Numbered from the stretch's first letter, positions 10,943-20,363 are shown. The stretch: DNA of 64,000 nt from Parcubacteria group bacterium LiPW_15 (GCA_007375645.1 VMER01000001.1:337576-401575); one strand, 5' to 3'. Translations and numbers: made by a program. The notes: generated by a model not told the origin, from the sequence alone.

Positions 10943-11542
10943 TCACTTCTTGGCCGGAATATCTATGACCGTCTCGAAGATGAGCGTGCTGAAAGCACCC
11001 GGCCAGATGCGTTCGGTTGCCACCGGAATTCCCTTTTGGCCAAAGTATTCGAGAGAGATGAAGGGTTCGAATTTTCCGCCTCTTAGCTCCTGCCGAAATA
11101 GCCAGATATCGAAACCGATCCTGCGAAACGGTTCCAGGTCCTGCCCATCCTCGGTCAGCACCGTTAACGAGTACCGCGAGGTTCTTCCCCTCACGAGACG
11201 CCTTGATCGGCCTAAGGCATCGCCTTTTCCTGATTCGCTAAAGGCCAACAAAGCACTAACGCCGGGGCGGACGTAGTACCGTGAACATGTATTCGCGGTG
11301 ATCCATCTGTCGAAGACATGAAAGACGCCGTAGCCAGCTCCGCGAGGATCGTCCATCATACCGAAGCCGCCGATTCCCCGAAGACCGAATATCTCCACTC
11401 CTCTCGGATTGAAGATCGAAAGGTCGTGGAAATACTTTTGCTGATGAACCGCTTCCGCGGCGCTCTCGGGCGCCTCTATCGAAGCACACGACCGGATAAG
11501 GTTCAGGTACGGGATTTCCTTCCCTTTTGTTTTAACCCACAT
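10943..11542 (-). CDS. hypothetical protein on a GC-rich islet
   Basis: 199 aa from the ATG preceded by a GGAAGGAGAG RBS; high GC3. Confidence 0.55.
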   Translation of the reverse strand: MWVKTKGKEIPYLNLIRSCASIEAPESAAEAVHQQKYFHDLSIFNPRGVEIFGLRGIGGFGMMDDPRGAGYGVFHVFDRWITANTCSRYYVRPGVSALLAFSESGKGDALGRSRRLVRGRTSRYSLTVLTEDGQDLEPFRRIGFDIWLFRQELRGGKFEPFISLEYFGQKGIPVATERIWPGAFSTLIFETVIDIPAKK

Positions 11543-11616
11543 CGCACACTCTCCTTCCAAACGACTACCTGAATTAAACTCATTTGAAGTCTTTTTGTAA
11601 ATAATGAAAACTTTGA

Positions 11617-11651
11617 GAAAAAATAAATGGCCCGCGCGTGATGCGCGGGCC
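11617..11651 (-). terminator. intrinsic terminator after CDS 11661..12161
   Basis: ggcccgcgcg-tgat-gcgcgggcc perfect hairpin followed by a T-rich run on the minus strand. Confidence 0.7.
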
Positions 11652-11660
11652 GTCGCTGGT

Positions 11661-12161
11661 CTACTTCTCGATCGGCGGACGGAACATGATTCCCGGAAGG
11701 AGTTGATAGGCGTAGTTGCCCCTCTTCCCGATCCGTTCGACATAACCGGATCGATGCCAGTATGTGAGGACGCTGTACACCGGCGACTTCATGCTCAGAC
11801 CGCTCCGTTCGCCCGCCAAGGTTTCGACCTCGGCAAGTACTTCCGGACCGCGCATGAAACGATGTCTATTGGCGTGAAACACCGTCCAGCACTTGTCGGC
11901 GATGAAAGACAAGGGGCGATGCTTCTCAAGCCTCATCCCCTCGACGATGCGATAGCGGCCAAATCCTACGCGGGCGAAGCAACCTTCCCTGGTCTTGATA
12001 CTCAAGACCTCGGCGATCTTTCGCCTCTTGAGAGAGGTACGCCTCCAAATGTCCTCGACGGAAACCTCGGACTTTCCCTCTCCGGAAAAAAGGTCGATGA
12101 CCCCTTGAACGGTCTGAGTCACGGCCGAAAATGGAATGGCCACGCCTTTTGGTGCCCCCAT
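11661..12161 (-). CDS. hypothetical protein with C-terminal winged-helix-like segment, on a GC-rich islet
   Basis: 166 aa; high GC3; SMKSPVYSVLTYWHRSGYVERIGKRGNYAYQL resembles a wHTH. Confidence 0.55.
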   Translation of the reverse strand: MGAPKGVAIPFSAVTQTVQGVIDLFSGEGKSEVSVEDIWRRTSLKRRKIAEVLSIKTREGCFARVGFGRYRIVEGMRLEKHRPLSFIADKCWTVFHANRHRFMRGPEVLAEVETLAGERSGLSMKSPVYSVLTYWHRSGYVERIGKRGNYAYQLLPGIMFRPPIEK

Positions 12162-12239
12162 CAGCGTTCTCCTTCTTTCGAAAATTTCAAAACCTCCAAG
12201 ACCTGGCTATCTTATACAATAGGCGGCCACAACGGTCAA

Positions 12240-12869
12240 CTATAAACTAAGCCCGGTAAATAAAGTGAATAGAGCGCCGATGATCGGCCGCAATATCGAA
12301 AATCCGAAAAAGATAAAAAGGAAGATCAAAATCATTCCATTCCGTTCCAAGGCCGTCAGAAATTTAAAGGTCCTCTCCCCTTGCGGAAGTATCGCCATCA
12401 AAACCTTCGAGCCATCAAGCGGCGGAATCGGCACCAGGTTAAAAACTCCGAGCGAAACATTCGCAAAAGCTATGCCCGCGAAAAGCGCCGGCAATATATC
12501 GTTCGGCGTCATCCCATAAAGATAACTAAATCTGACCGCGAGCCCAAAGATAAACGCCAAAAGAAAATTACTTAATGGTCCGGCCGCCGCGATCTTTGCC
12601 GCACCCGTGCGCGGATTTTTTAAATTCATCGGGTTATACGGCACGGGCTTCGCCCAACCGAAAAGCACCGGCGAATTTGTAAACACCAAAATGAGCGGCA
12701 AGAGAACCGAACCGAAGATATCAATGTGACTTAGCGGATTCATAGTGAGCCGTCCGGCGTTCCGCGCCGTCGGGTCGCCCAATTTTTCCGCTACAAACCC
12801 GTGCGATACTTCGTGTATCATCACGGAAAATACGAGAACCACCAATCCGAAAAGATGAACCAGATCCAT
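12240..12869 (-). CDS. site-2 protease family (M50) zinc metallopeptidase
   Basis: 209 aa polytopic membrane protein with HEVSHG (HExxH) and NLVPIPPLDG motifs. Confidence 0.85.
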   Translation of the reverse strand: MDLVHLFGLVVLVFSVMIHEVSHGFVAEKLGDPTARNAGRLTMNPLSHIDIFGSVLLPLILVFTNSPVLFGWAKPVPYNPMNLKNPRTGAAKIAAAGPLSNFLLAFIFGLAVRFSYLYGMTPNDILPALFAGIAFANVSLGVFNLVPIPPLDGSKVLMAILPQGERTFKFLTALERNGMILIFLFIFFGFSILRPIIGALFTLFTGLSL

Positions 12870-13020
12870 TTGATATATTGTATCTCAATAATCTTCCGGT
12901 ACCAATTGGCCAAAATGAAAAATCGTTGTATATTCAATAAAACGCGCTTCCCGATAGGATAGTAAGCTATCCAACGGGACAGGCTCCGCTCAAACAATTT
13001 GGCTTTTTATCCCGTCAATT

Positions 13021-13092
13021 GCCCCCGTGGTGAAATGGATATCATAACTGGCTTCGAACCAGTAGGTGGGAGTTCGATCCTCTCCGGGGGCA
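13021..13092 (+). tRNA. tRNA-Arg (anticodon TCG)
   Basis: hand-folded cloverleaf; anticodon loop CTTCGAA; T-loop TTCGATC; no encoded CCA. Confidence 0.8.
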
Positions 13093-13119
13093 CATGAATA
13101 GTTGAGCAATCTACGGGAC

Positions 13120-13162
13120 GAACCAAGGGGTTGCAGGTTCGAGTCCTGCCGAGCGCACACCA
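13120..13162 (+). other. tRNA 3'-half-like fragment (T-arm GCAGG-TTCGAGT-CCTGC plus acceptor-like strand plus CCA) with no matching 5' half
   Basis: ...GGTTCGAGTCCTGCCGAGCGCACACCA lies immediately after tRNA-Arg; no complementary acceptor 5' strand found. Confidence 0.4.
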
Positions 13163-13227
13163 AACAAGAAATGCCCACAAGGGAGAGTTTTGTTTTATGT
13201 GCACAAAGCGTGCCGCTCAAGGGGATC

Positions 13228-13812
13228 TCACGCGCCCGCTTCGCCGCTCTCCGCGGGCAGGATCATTTTAATTTCTTCGAATTTGACGCCGCTCGGAAAA
13301 GTTAGCTGCGAAGGAATGCTCCCCGCCTCCACGAATCCCAAACTCTTATAAAAATCTATCGCTTTTTTATTCGCGGCTTGCACGGTTAAAAATATATCTT
13401 TCCCCGTTCCAAAATATTCGGAAATCTTGCCCCACATCTTCCGGGCCAACCCTAGGCCTTGATATGTCGGTAAGACATAGATCGCTCCGAGTTCATTACT
13501 TTCCGAATGTTTGACGCACCAGGCATAACCCACAACGGCATCGCCGTCTTTTATGACTAGCGCTTTTTCGTTCTCCGGCATGGCGCGCAATTCTTCGGCA
13601 GTTCCGACTATAGCCCTATCCGAAAACGACTTTTTAAAATCATTAAAATACCACTGAATGTCTTCGCGAGTTATGCCAGTTCCTTTGTCTGCATAGGTAT
13701 CCAGCCAGGTTTCGTATTCTACGCTTCTTAATCCCGCAGCGTCTTTGGGTAAAGCATCAGAGATACTAATCTTTTCTCCTTCAAACTTTTCGCCGTTTTC
13801 CATTTTAGGCAC
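13228..13812 (-). CDS. GNAT family N-acetyltransferase
   Basis: 194 aa; YVLPTYQGLGLARKMW...KAIDFYKSLGFVE acetyl-CoA-binding motifs. Confidence 0.8.
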   Translation of the reverse strand: MPKMENGEKFEGEKISISDALPKDAAGLRSVEYETWLDTYADKGTGITREDIQWYFNDFKKSFSDRAIVGTAEELRAMPENEKALVIKDGDAVVGYAWCVKHSESNELGAIYVLPTYQGLGLARKMWGKISEYFGTGKDIFLTVQAANKKAIDFYKSLGFVEAGSIPSQLTFPSGVKFEEIKMILPAESGEAGA

Positions 13813-13814
13813 TT

Positions 13815-13890
13815 TGGTGCACCCACAAGGGATCGAACCTTGGACCGTCTCCTTAAGAGGGAGCTGCTCTACCAGCTGAGCTATGGGTGC
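13815..13890 (-). tRNA. tRNA-Lys (anticodon CTT), CCA encoded
   Basis: reverse complement folds as GCACCCA-TA-GCTC..; anticodon loop CTCTTAA; T-loop TTCGATC. Confidence 0.85.
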
Positions 13891-13907
13891 GATAGTTTAG
13901 CTTTTAC

Positions 13908-13936
13908 ATTCTACATTCTAGATTCTAGATTCTCAA
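13908..13936 (-). promoter_or_regulatory. putative tRNA-Lys promoter (-35 TTGAGA, 17 nt spacer, -10 TAGAAT) built from heptamer direct repeats (TACATTC)2(TAGATTC)2
   Basis: plus-strand tacattctacattctagattctagattctcaag at 13903..13935; the -10 element lies about 22 nt upstream of the tRNA 5' end. Confidence 0.45.
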
Positions 13937-13940
13937 GCCT

Positions 13941-14255
13941 TTACGCGACTTTTCCGGGCTCTTCCGGAGGGCACTCCATTCCCAGGGCGGCAAAAACCAA
14001 ATTCGCGGCTTCTTCGTACTTCCCGGCGCGGGCAAGCGCGCGGATATTTTCATGCTCCGGAGAATCAATTTCGTCGCTTATCTTTTTGCTGATTTTCGTC
14101 GACAACTCAAGTATCGCGTCCCTGTCTCCGCCGGACATATCTTCTTTATGAATCCTTATAAACTCCTGCAAGACTATCCTCTGCAGAGGATTCCTGTGTT
14201 CAATCTCCAACCTATATCTATATTTGTCTACCTCGGAATTTGCGACTTCACCCAT
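13941..14255 (-). CDS. hypothetical small protein
   Basis: 104 aa ORF. Confidence 0.4.
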   Translation of the reverse strand: MGEVANSEVDKYRYRLEIEHRNPLQRIVLQEFIRIHKEDMSGGDRDAILELSTKISKKISDEIDSPEHENIRALARAGKYEEAANLVFAALGMECPPEEPGKVA

Positions 14256-14277
14256 GCTTTTATTCTAACAGAATACC

Positions 14278-14286
14278 TGTTATAAT
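14278..14286 (+). promoter_or_regulatory. extended -10 element (TGtTATAAT) 6 nt upstream of the recG GTG start (leaderless or near-leaderless transcript suspected)
   Basis: cctgTTATAATccccgcGTG. Confidence 0.4.
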
Positions 14287-14292
14287 CCCCGC

Positions 14293-16440
14293 GTGTTAAC
14301 ACTCGCCACTCCCCTGGCTCAGATCAGAGGTATCGGACCGAGCGTTCTCTCCAAGCTAAAAAATTTGGAGATATTTACGGTTGGCGATTTGCTTTGGCAT
14401 TTCCCCTTCCGCTACGAAGATTTTTCTAAAGTTTATAACATTGCCGAACTGGAGCCCGGCCAGCAAGCCACGATCAAAGGCATCGTAGAAAATGTTTCCG
14501 TACGCCGCGCCTGGCAGCGAAAAATGTATGTAACCGAAGCGATAATTTCCGATGACACGGGTTCTATTCGCGCAGTCTGGTTCAATCAGCCGTATTTAAA
14601 AAATATTCTGGTGACCGGACGCCACGCCAATTTCGCCGGCAAAGTTTCCTTTTCCGATGACCAGGAAATATATTTGAGCCATCCGACTTTCGAGATGATC
14701 CAAAACGAAGAAGAAGGCACCCGCCACACCGGCCGCCTAGTCCCTATTTACCCGGAAACCCGCGGCGTGACCTCCAAAATGCTCCGCACCTATATTCAGC
14801 AGATTCTCTTGGGACTCAAACGTCCCGCAGAATGGATCCCGGAGGACATTTTGGAAACCTTATCGCTTCCGGAAATAAAATCGGCTCTCCAAGGCGCGCA
14901 TTTCCCGGAGCATATCGATGACGCATATCTTGCCAAACGCCGCTTCGCCTTTGAAGACTTATTTTTGTTACAGATCTGGAATCTCAGTCAAAAACTGAAA
15001 CTCGCCGAACAAAAAGCACCTGCGCTCGCCACGGATATCGAATGGCTAAAATCAAATCTCACCGAACTTCCCTTTGAGCTCACTCAAACCCAGAAAAGAT
15101 CTCTTTGGGAGATAGTCAAAGACATCGGCGAAGAACGCCCGATGAATCGTCTGCTCCAAGGAGACGTGGGTTCGGGTAAAACAGTTATCGCGGCCTTGTC
15201 TGCTCTCATCGCTCACAAGAACGGCTATGTGACGGCTTTTATGGCTCCGACCGAAGTTCTCGCCAAACAACATTTTGAAACTCTCAAAAAGCTTTTTAAA
15301 AACGTGGACCATGCCGACCAGCCGGCAGTAGCTCTTTTGACCGGCTCCGAAGCGAAGATATTTTATGAAAACGACTTGGAATCCGACACGACCAAATCCG
15401 CTCTCACCCAAAAGATAAAAAAAGGCGAAGTTGGAATCGTAATCGGCACGCACGCCCTCATATCCGAAAAAACTTCCGCCTCTTTCGGCGGTAAGGGCCT
15501 GGGACTCGTGATAATCGACGAACAGCACCGCTTCGGCGTTAAGCAAAGAGCGAAGCTCGCCGATCCGAAAAGAGGATTTATCCCCCACTTCCTTTCCATG
15601 TCCGCAACCCCGATCCCTCGAACTGTGATGCTCACCATTTTCGGCGACTTGGATGTTTCCGTGATCTCCGAACTTCCGGCTGGACGTAAAAAAATAATCA
15701 CCGAGATCGTTCCGCCCGAAAAACGCCCCTCGACCTATAAACTTATCCGCGAAAAGATAAAAGAAGGCCGACAGGCATTCGTAGTCTGTCCGCGCATCGA
15801 CCCCTCTGAAGAAGAACCCGCCGCGGCACGCGAAAAAACCCGAAAAAAAATCGAGTTGAAATCCGTTAAGGAGGAATACGAAAAACTTTCTAAAACAATT
15901 TTTCCGGATCTAAAGGTGGCCATGCTCCACGGCCAGATGAAACCGAAGGAAAAAGAACAGATCATGAAGGACTTTCATTCCGGCAAAACCCAAATTTTGG
16001 TTTCAACTTCGGTCATCGAAGTCGGCGTGGATGTTCCAAATGCCGCCATTATGATGATTGAAGGTTCCGACCGATTCGGCTTGGCTCAGCTCTATCAGCT
16101 CCGGGGCCGTATCGGCCGCGGCGAACACGAATCTTTTTGCTTACTTTTGACCGACTCCGAAAACGAGGAAACTCACGCGCGCCTCAAAGCCATCACCGAA
16201 GCCCAAAACGGATTTGAACTCGCGGAGCGCGACCTGCAGCTCAGAGGCCCCGGACAATTCATGGGTGAGGAGCAAACTGGTTTTCCGGACATCGCTATGC
16301 AGTCTTTGCAAAACGTGGAACTCGTAAAATCTTCGCGCGAAGCGGCGGCAAAAGTATTGACTGCCGACAGAAGCCTAGCCACTCATCCTTTGCTCGCGGA
16401 AAAGCTGGACGAATTCATAAAGAAAATCCACGCGGAATAA
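14293..16440 (+). CDS. recG: ATP-dependent DNA helicase RecG (GTG start)
   Basis: 715 aa; wedge domain and helicase motifs (GDVGSGKT, DEQHRFG, QLRGRIGRG). Confidence 0.95.
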   Translation: MLTLATPLAQIRGIGPSVLSKLKNLEIFTVGDLLWHFPFRYEDFSKVYNIAELEPGQQATIKGIVENVSVRRAWQRKMYVTEAIISDDTGSIRAVWFNQPYLKNILVTGRHANFAGKVSFSDDQEIYLSHPTFEMIQNEEEGTRHTGRLVPIYPETRGVTSKMLRTYIQQILLGLKRPAEWIPEDILETLSLPEIKSALQGAHFPEHIDDAYLAKRRFAFEDLFLLQIWNLSQKLKLAEQKAPALATDIEWLKSNLTELPFELTQTQKRSLWEIVKDIGEERPMNRLLQGDVGSGKTVIAALSALIAHKNGYVTAFMAPTEVLAKQHFETLKKLFKNVDHADQPAVALLTGSEAKIFYENDLESDTTKSALTQKIKKGEVGIVIGTHALISEKTSASFGGKGLGLVIIDEQHRFGVKQRAKLADPKRGFIPHFLSMSATPIPRTVMLTIFGDLDVSVISELPAGRKKIITEIVPPEKRPSTYKLIREKIKEGRQAFVVCPRIDPSEEEPAAAREKTRKKIELKSVKEEYEKLSKTIFPDLKVAMLHGQMKPKEKEQIMKDFHSGKTQILVSTSVIEVGVDVPNAAIMMIEGSDRFGLAQLYQLRGRIGRGEHESFCLLLTDSENEETHARLKAITEAQNGFELAERDLQLRGPGQFMGEEQTGFPDIAMQSLQNVELVKSSREAAAKVLTADRSLATHPLLAEKLDEFIKKIHAE

Positions 16441-16467
16441 AAAAGACCCGGTTCGTGGCCGGGCCCG
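16436..16467 (-). terminator. intrinsic terminator after CDS 16479..16793 (also lies 3' of recG)
   Basis: gacccgg-ttcgtgg-ccgggc hairpin followed by tttttt on the minus strand. Confidence 0.6.
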
Positions 16468-16478
16468 GACATCCCTTC

Positions 16479-16793
16479 TTAGGAAACCAGGTAGTGGAAG
16501 TACTGGAGCCTCTCGATCGTGCTGACCAGTCGGATTCGACACACCCCGCAATCCTTAAAGTGTTGCGTGATTGTCGCGGAAGACATGTCCTCGGCCGAAA
16601 CCCCGTTCAGGTTTAGACAGGTTACATTTTCCAGAAGCAAAGAAATGATGTGGGGCGGGATTTCGCCCTGCCATGGCGCAGTTTCCTTCCCTATCCCGGG
16701 ACCATCGTTCCTCAGCCACCAGGGCCAAGTTCTTATCTCTTCGCTCACCGAACGAAGAGATTTACCGAGAAATCCTTTTGAATTTTCGCTCAT
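16479..16793 (-). CDS. hypothetical small protein
   Basis: 104 aa; strong RBS AGGAGGT 5 nt upstream of ATG; terminator downstream. Confidence 0.5.
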   Translation of the reverse strand: MSENSKGFLGKSLRSVSEEIRTWPWWLRNDGPGIGKETAPWQGEIPPHIISLLLENVTCLNLNGVSAEDMSSATITQHFKDCGVCRIRLVSTIERLQYFHYLVS

Positions 16794-16849
16794 CTGACAC
16801 CTCCTGGGGGTCGCTTATTTCAGTTTATCCCCAAAATAGTAGCGGTCAA

Positions 16850-17896
16850 CTAGCCCCGGGTTAAGAAAAAAATGACAAGTCCCAAGGCGCTTGCAATCGC
16901 GGAAATTATCCAAAAACGCATGGTGATCCTGGATTCGTGCCAGCCGATGGCTTCAAAGTGATGGTGTATGGGCGAGGACAAAAATATTTTTTTACCGTTT
17001 CGTAATTTTTTACTTATGAGCTGGGTTATCACCGAGAGCGATTCTACAACGAGGATCAACCCGAAAAGCGGCAAAAGCAAAGTGGTGTTGGTAAGCATCG
17101 CGATTATGCCCATGGTGATGCCAAGCGCCATGGAACCGGTATCACCCATGAAAAATCTAGCCGGATAAATATTGAACCAGAGAAAGGCCAAGAGACTCCC
17201 CACAAGCACGGCCGCGAAGGCGGCCAGATCATAACGGCCGAGCACAAAGGCCACCGCTGCAAAAGAAATAAATGCGAAAAGAGACACCCCGCCCAGAAGC
17301 CCGTCTAAGCCGTCGGTTTCGTTCGCGGAAAAAGCCGTGGCGATAATAACAAACATAAAGAGCGGTATGTACCACGGACCGATCGATATCGCACCCAAAA
17401 ACGGAACATTTAAAGTATTGAACTCCAGTTTAAAATAGAACCACCATGCCCCGACAAGGGAGATAAGAAAATAGAGAAAAAGCTTGTGACGAACCTTGAG
17501 TCCTCCGCCTTTGCCGCCACCGATACGCCTCGCGCCCATCCAATCGTCTAAAAGTCCGATAATTCCGGCAATTATAAGCGCGGCCAAGGGCAGATAGGTT
17601 TCCGCTCTATTTATAAAATTAAAATCTTTCCAAAATCCGTCGAAAAAATAATGTAGGATGAAAAAGAGAATCGCAAGAAAGACCACGGTGCCCCAGATGA
17701 TGACTCCGCCGCCGTTCGGCGTTCCCTCTTTCTTGCTGTGCAGGGCAGAGTAAACCGGAGCTTCTTCGGAAGTTCTGATCTGTTTTCCAAAACCAATTTT
17801 TCCCAAAAACTTAAGCCAGATCGGCGTAAAAATGAGGGCCACTACGAACCCCGCCGTGGCAAGCAGGATTATCCTAATTGCTTGTTCTAAAATCAT
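16850..17896 (-). CDS. mraY: phospho-N-acetylmuramoyl-pentapeptide transferase
   Basis: polytopic membrane protein with MraY family motifs (NETDGLDGL, GDTGS); start taken at the internal Met MILEQ.. Confidence 0.85.
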   Translation of the reverse strand: MILEQAIRIILLATAGFVVALIFTPIWLKFLGKIGFGKQIRTSEEAPVYSALHSKKEGTPNGGGVIIWGTVVFLAILFFILHYFFDGFWKDFNFINRAETYLPLAALIIAGIIGLLDDWMGARRIGGGKGGGLKVRHKLFLYFLISLVGAWWFYFKLEFNTLNVPFLGAISIGPWYIPLFMFVIIATAFSANETDGLDGLLGGVSLFAFISFAAVAFVLGRYDLAAFAAVLVGSLLAFLWFNIYPARFFMGDTGSMALGITMGIIAMLTNTTLLLPLFGLILVVESLSVITQLISKKLRNGKKIFLSSPIHHHFEAIGWHESRITMRFWIISAIASALGLVIFFLTRG

Positions 17897-18860
17897 TTGT
17901 AAACCAGGTAAAAAGTTTCTCGGTATCGCCAAACCTGTCAGCGCTGCCAAGTACAATAATACCTATTGTTCGCTTTCCATACAAGAAAACGGAAATAAGA
18001 TTGCCATTCGCTTCCAAGGTGTAACCGGTCTTTCCGCCGTAAAAATCCCGACGGCTGACAAATTGATTGGTACTCGTAAAATTCCTGACCTTTCCGGTCT
18101 CGGCATCCTTTATGGAAACTTTCGCGTTTTCCGTGGTCTTCCATATTTCCGGACGTTCCGAAGTGACGCCCCGAACCAATTTTAAAAGATCATCAGCGGA
18201 AGACTGGTTGGAAACGGAAAGTCCGGAAGGGTCGTCAAAATTCGTGTTATCCATCCCCCAGCCCTTGGCTTTATCGTTCATTTCTCTCAGGAAAGTTTCA
18301 TAGCCATAGCTCCGAGCCAAGGCATTCGCCGCAGTGTTCCTCGAAGCCACAAGCATCACTTTCAACAGATCTCGTGTTTTATAAGTTTCACCCGCCGTAA
18401 AAATCGGATTGTCGCCATCCGCGAAATCTTCCTTAGCCAAAACAATTTTGGAATCCAGATCCAACCGCTCATAGACCACAACCGCGGTCATAAGCTTGCT
18501 TAAAGACGCGATGGGCCATCGTTTCGCCGAAGCGATATCCAGATACTTCTCGCCGGACTGAACATCAAAAATTATTGCGGATTCCGAACCTATTTCCGGC
18601 AACGGATCGTTCGTCACCCGGTAAAACGGCGGTTTCGGTGAAAGTTGGGCGGTTTCTCCAAGCATTGCACTCGCCGTAGAAACCGAATTGTCCGCCGGCG
18701 GAACCGGCGCGCCGGATTCCTCTGCCCTCAATATTCCCGTCGCCTCTCCGATATTGGCAACCGAAACAACATCGATCTTTTCCGCAAAACCGCGGCTGCC
18801 CAAAAGAACCACTATAACTACCGCGAAAAAAGTAACGATTTGAAGGCGATATTTCATCAT
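17874..18860 (-). CDS. D-alanyl-D-alanine carboxypeptidase (S11 family PBP)
   Basis: 328 aa; signal/TM then SxxK (ASLSKLMTA), SRN and KTG motifs. Confidence 0.85.
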   Translation of the reverse strand: MMKYRLQIVTFFAVVIVVLLGSRGFAEKIDVVSVANIGEATGILRAEESGAPVPPADNSVSTASAMLGETAQLSPKPPFYRVTNDPLPEIGSESAIIFDVQSGEKYLDIASAKRWPIASLSKLMTAVVVYERLDLDSKIVLAKEDFADGDNPIFTAGETYKTRDLLKVMLVASRNTAANALARSYGYETFLREMNDKAKGWGMDNTNFDDPSGLSVSNQSSADDLLKLVRGVTSERPEIWKTTENAKVSIKDAETGKVRNFTSTNQFVSRRDFYGGKTGYTLEANGNLISVFLYGKRTIGIIVLGSADRFGDTEKLFTWFTNDFRTSN

Positions 18861-19435
18861 TGCGGATTTTCGCTTGGCATTTCTTCCGTTACCGCCGCCT
18901 CAGCCACCGGCGTGAGAAGCGAGCGGAACTTTTCATAATCCGGCAGATCCTTGACCGACTTTATTCCCAAATGTTCCAAAAGAGCGAAAGTCGGCTGATA
19001 AAGATAAGCCAAAGAATGTTCCGATCCGATGGAGCGTTCCACTAGCCCGCGGATCAAAAGACTTCTTAAAATAAAACTGGAGTTCACTCCGCGAATATAT
19101 TCGAGCTTGCTTCGCGATATCGGCCCAAGATAGGAAACTAAGGAAAGAACCTCAAGGCTTGCCGGAGTCAGCTCCTCGGAAAGCTCCGCCTTCACGAAAT
19201 CCTCAAGCGCCGAGTTCAATTCCGGCTTGGTTGTCAACTGAACTCTATCGCCCAAAGTCACAAGCGAAAGTCCGCGGCTCTCTTCAAGAAGTCTTTTCTC
19301 GAATTCAGCGGCCAACATCTCGGCCTCTTCATCCTTCAATTTTAAAACTTCCGCGATTTTTTTGACGGACATCGGCTCTCCATGAACGAAAAGGAGCGCT
19401 TCAAGCGCGGCCAGATTTTTTTCCGGATTTTCCAT
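18857..19435 (-). CDS. scpB: segregation and condensation protein B
   Basis: 192 aa; ScpB tandem winged-helix similarity. Confidence 0.9.
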   Translation of the reverse strand: MENPEKNLAALEALLFVHGEPMSVKKIAEVLKLKDEEAEMLAAEFEKRLLEESRGLSLVTLGDRVQLTTKPELNSALEDFVKAELSEELTPASLEVLSLVSYLGPISRSKLEYIRGVNSSFILRSLLIRGLVERSIGSEHSLAYLYQPTFALLEHLGIKSVKDLPDYEKFRSLLTPVAEAAVTEEMPSENPQ

Positions 19436-19472
19436 ATTTTAAGGAGTTCCGGCAGAAGCCGGAGATTCAGAA

Positions 19473-19637
19473 GAGTTCATCCCCGAAATAGGCAGTTTGC
19501 CAATTTTGAAAGAGATTTGAGCGAAAAGCGTTTAGCCCGACGAAGAAATAATAGTGTAAACGTTATTACTAGGAGGGATAAGCGCTTTGGAGCCGAATCT
19601 GGTCAAAAGTGGTAATTGGTTATTTCGGGGATGAACT
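19473..19637. repeat. 19 bp perfect inverted repeat (agagttcatccccgaaata / tatttcggggatgaactct) enclosing 127 bp in the scpA-scpB spacer
   Basis: the two IR arms were read directly; the 3' arm overlaps the last codons of scpA. Confidence 0.7.
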
Positions 19638-20333
19638 CTGTATCATTATATCAGAAAAATTGTCCCCTTGCTCCAAACGCACAAGCTGTTCACGGGCAAG
19701 ATGCAGTATGGCCAAAAAGATGACGATAATCTCCGATTTTGTTTTGGCTTCGGAGAGCTTTCCAAGGCTTGTCTCCCCCACCTCCTTCACCCGCGCCACA
19801 ACTTCTCTTATTTTTTCCTCGAGAGATATTATCTTTTCGCGGATAGTCTTGGTTTCTTCCGAAAGCTTCCGGACCGCGTCGGATATGCGCGACAAAGCTC
19901 CGACCAAAGAATCGTTTGTTACCTTTCCCCCGGGATAGAAAACTTTGACCATCTCCAAACTCCCAAGATATTGGCGCGGATGGGAAATGTTTTTGGAAAG
20001 CCAAAGCGTTTCAAAATTCTTTTTGGCCGTTTTAAATTCCTGATAAAGCGCCAGCCTGCGCTCCAAATCTTTTATATCCGCCTCTTCCTCTTCGTTAAGC
20101 GTTAGGTCGGGCAAAAGAGATTTGGATTTTATTAAGATCAGCTTGCTCGCGACGGAAATGAAATCCGCGAGCATCGTAAAATCTATTTTTTCCGCCTGTT
20201 CCAAATATTTCAAAAAATCGTCGGTTACTTCCGCCAAACTTATCTCCGAAACGGGGAGCTTCTTCTCCTCAATAAGCTCCAAAAGCTTTTCTAGGGGTCC
20301 TTGGAACTTCTCGGTTTTGTACTCGTAAGACAT
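19620..20333 (-). CDS. scpA: segregation and condensation protein A
   Basis: 237 aa; ScpA family similarity. Confidence 0.9.
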   Translation of the reverse strand: MSYEYKTEKFQGPLEKLLELIEEKKLPVSEISLAEVTDDFLKYLEQAEKIDFTMLADFISVASKLILIKSKSLLPDLTLNEEEEADIKDLERRLALYQEFKTAKKNFETLWLSKNISHPRQYLGSLEMVKVFYPGGKVTNDSLVGALSRISDAVRKLSEETKTIREKIISLEEKIREVVARVKEVGETSLGKLSEAKTKSEIIVIFLAILHLAREQLVRLEQGDNFSDIMIQSSSPK

Positions 20334-20363
20334 TAATTAGAATGATAACCCCGTAATCGGAGT

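Noticed and set aside
12990-13220. ORFs 12990..13220 and 13007..13204 on the minus strand
   Set aside because: They lie entirely over tRNA-Arg and the tRNA-like fragment; the translations are low-complexity; treated as spurious.
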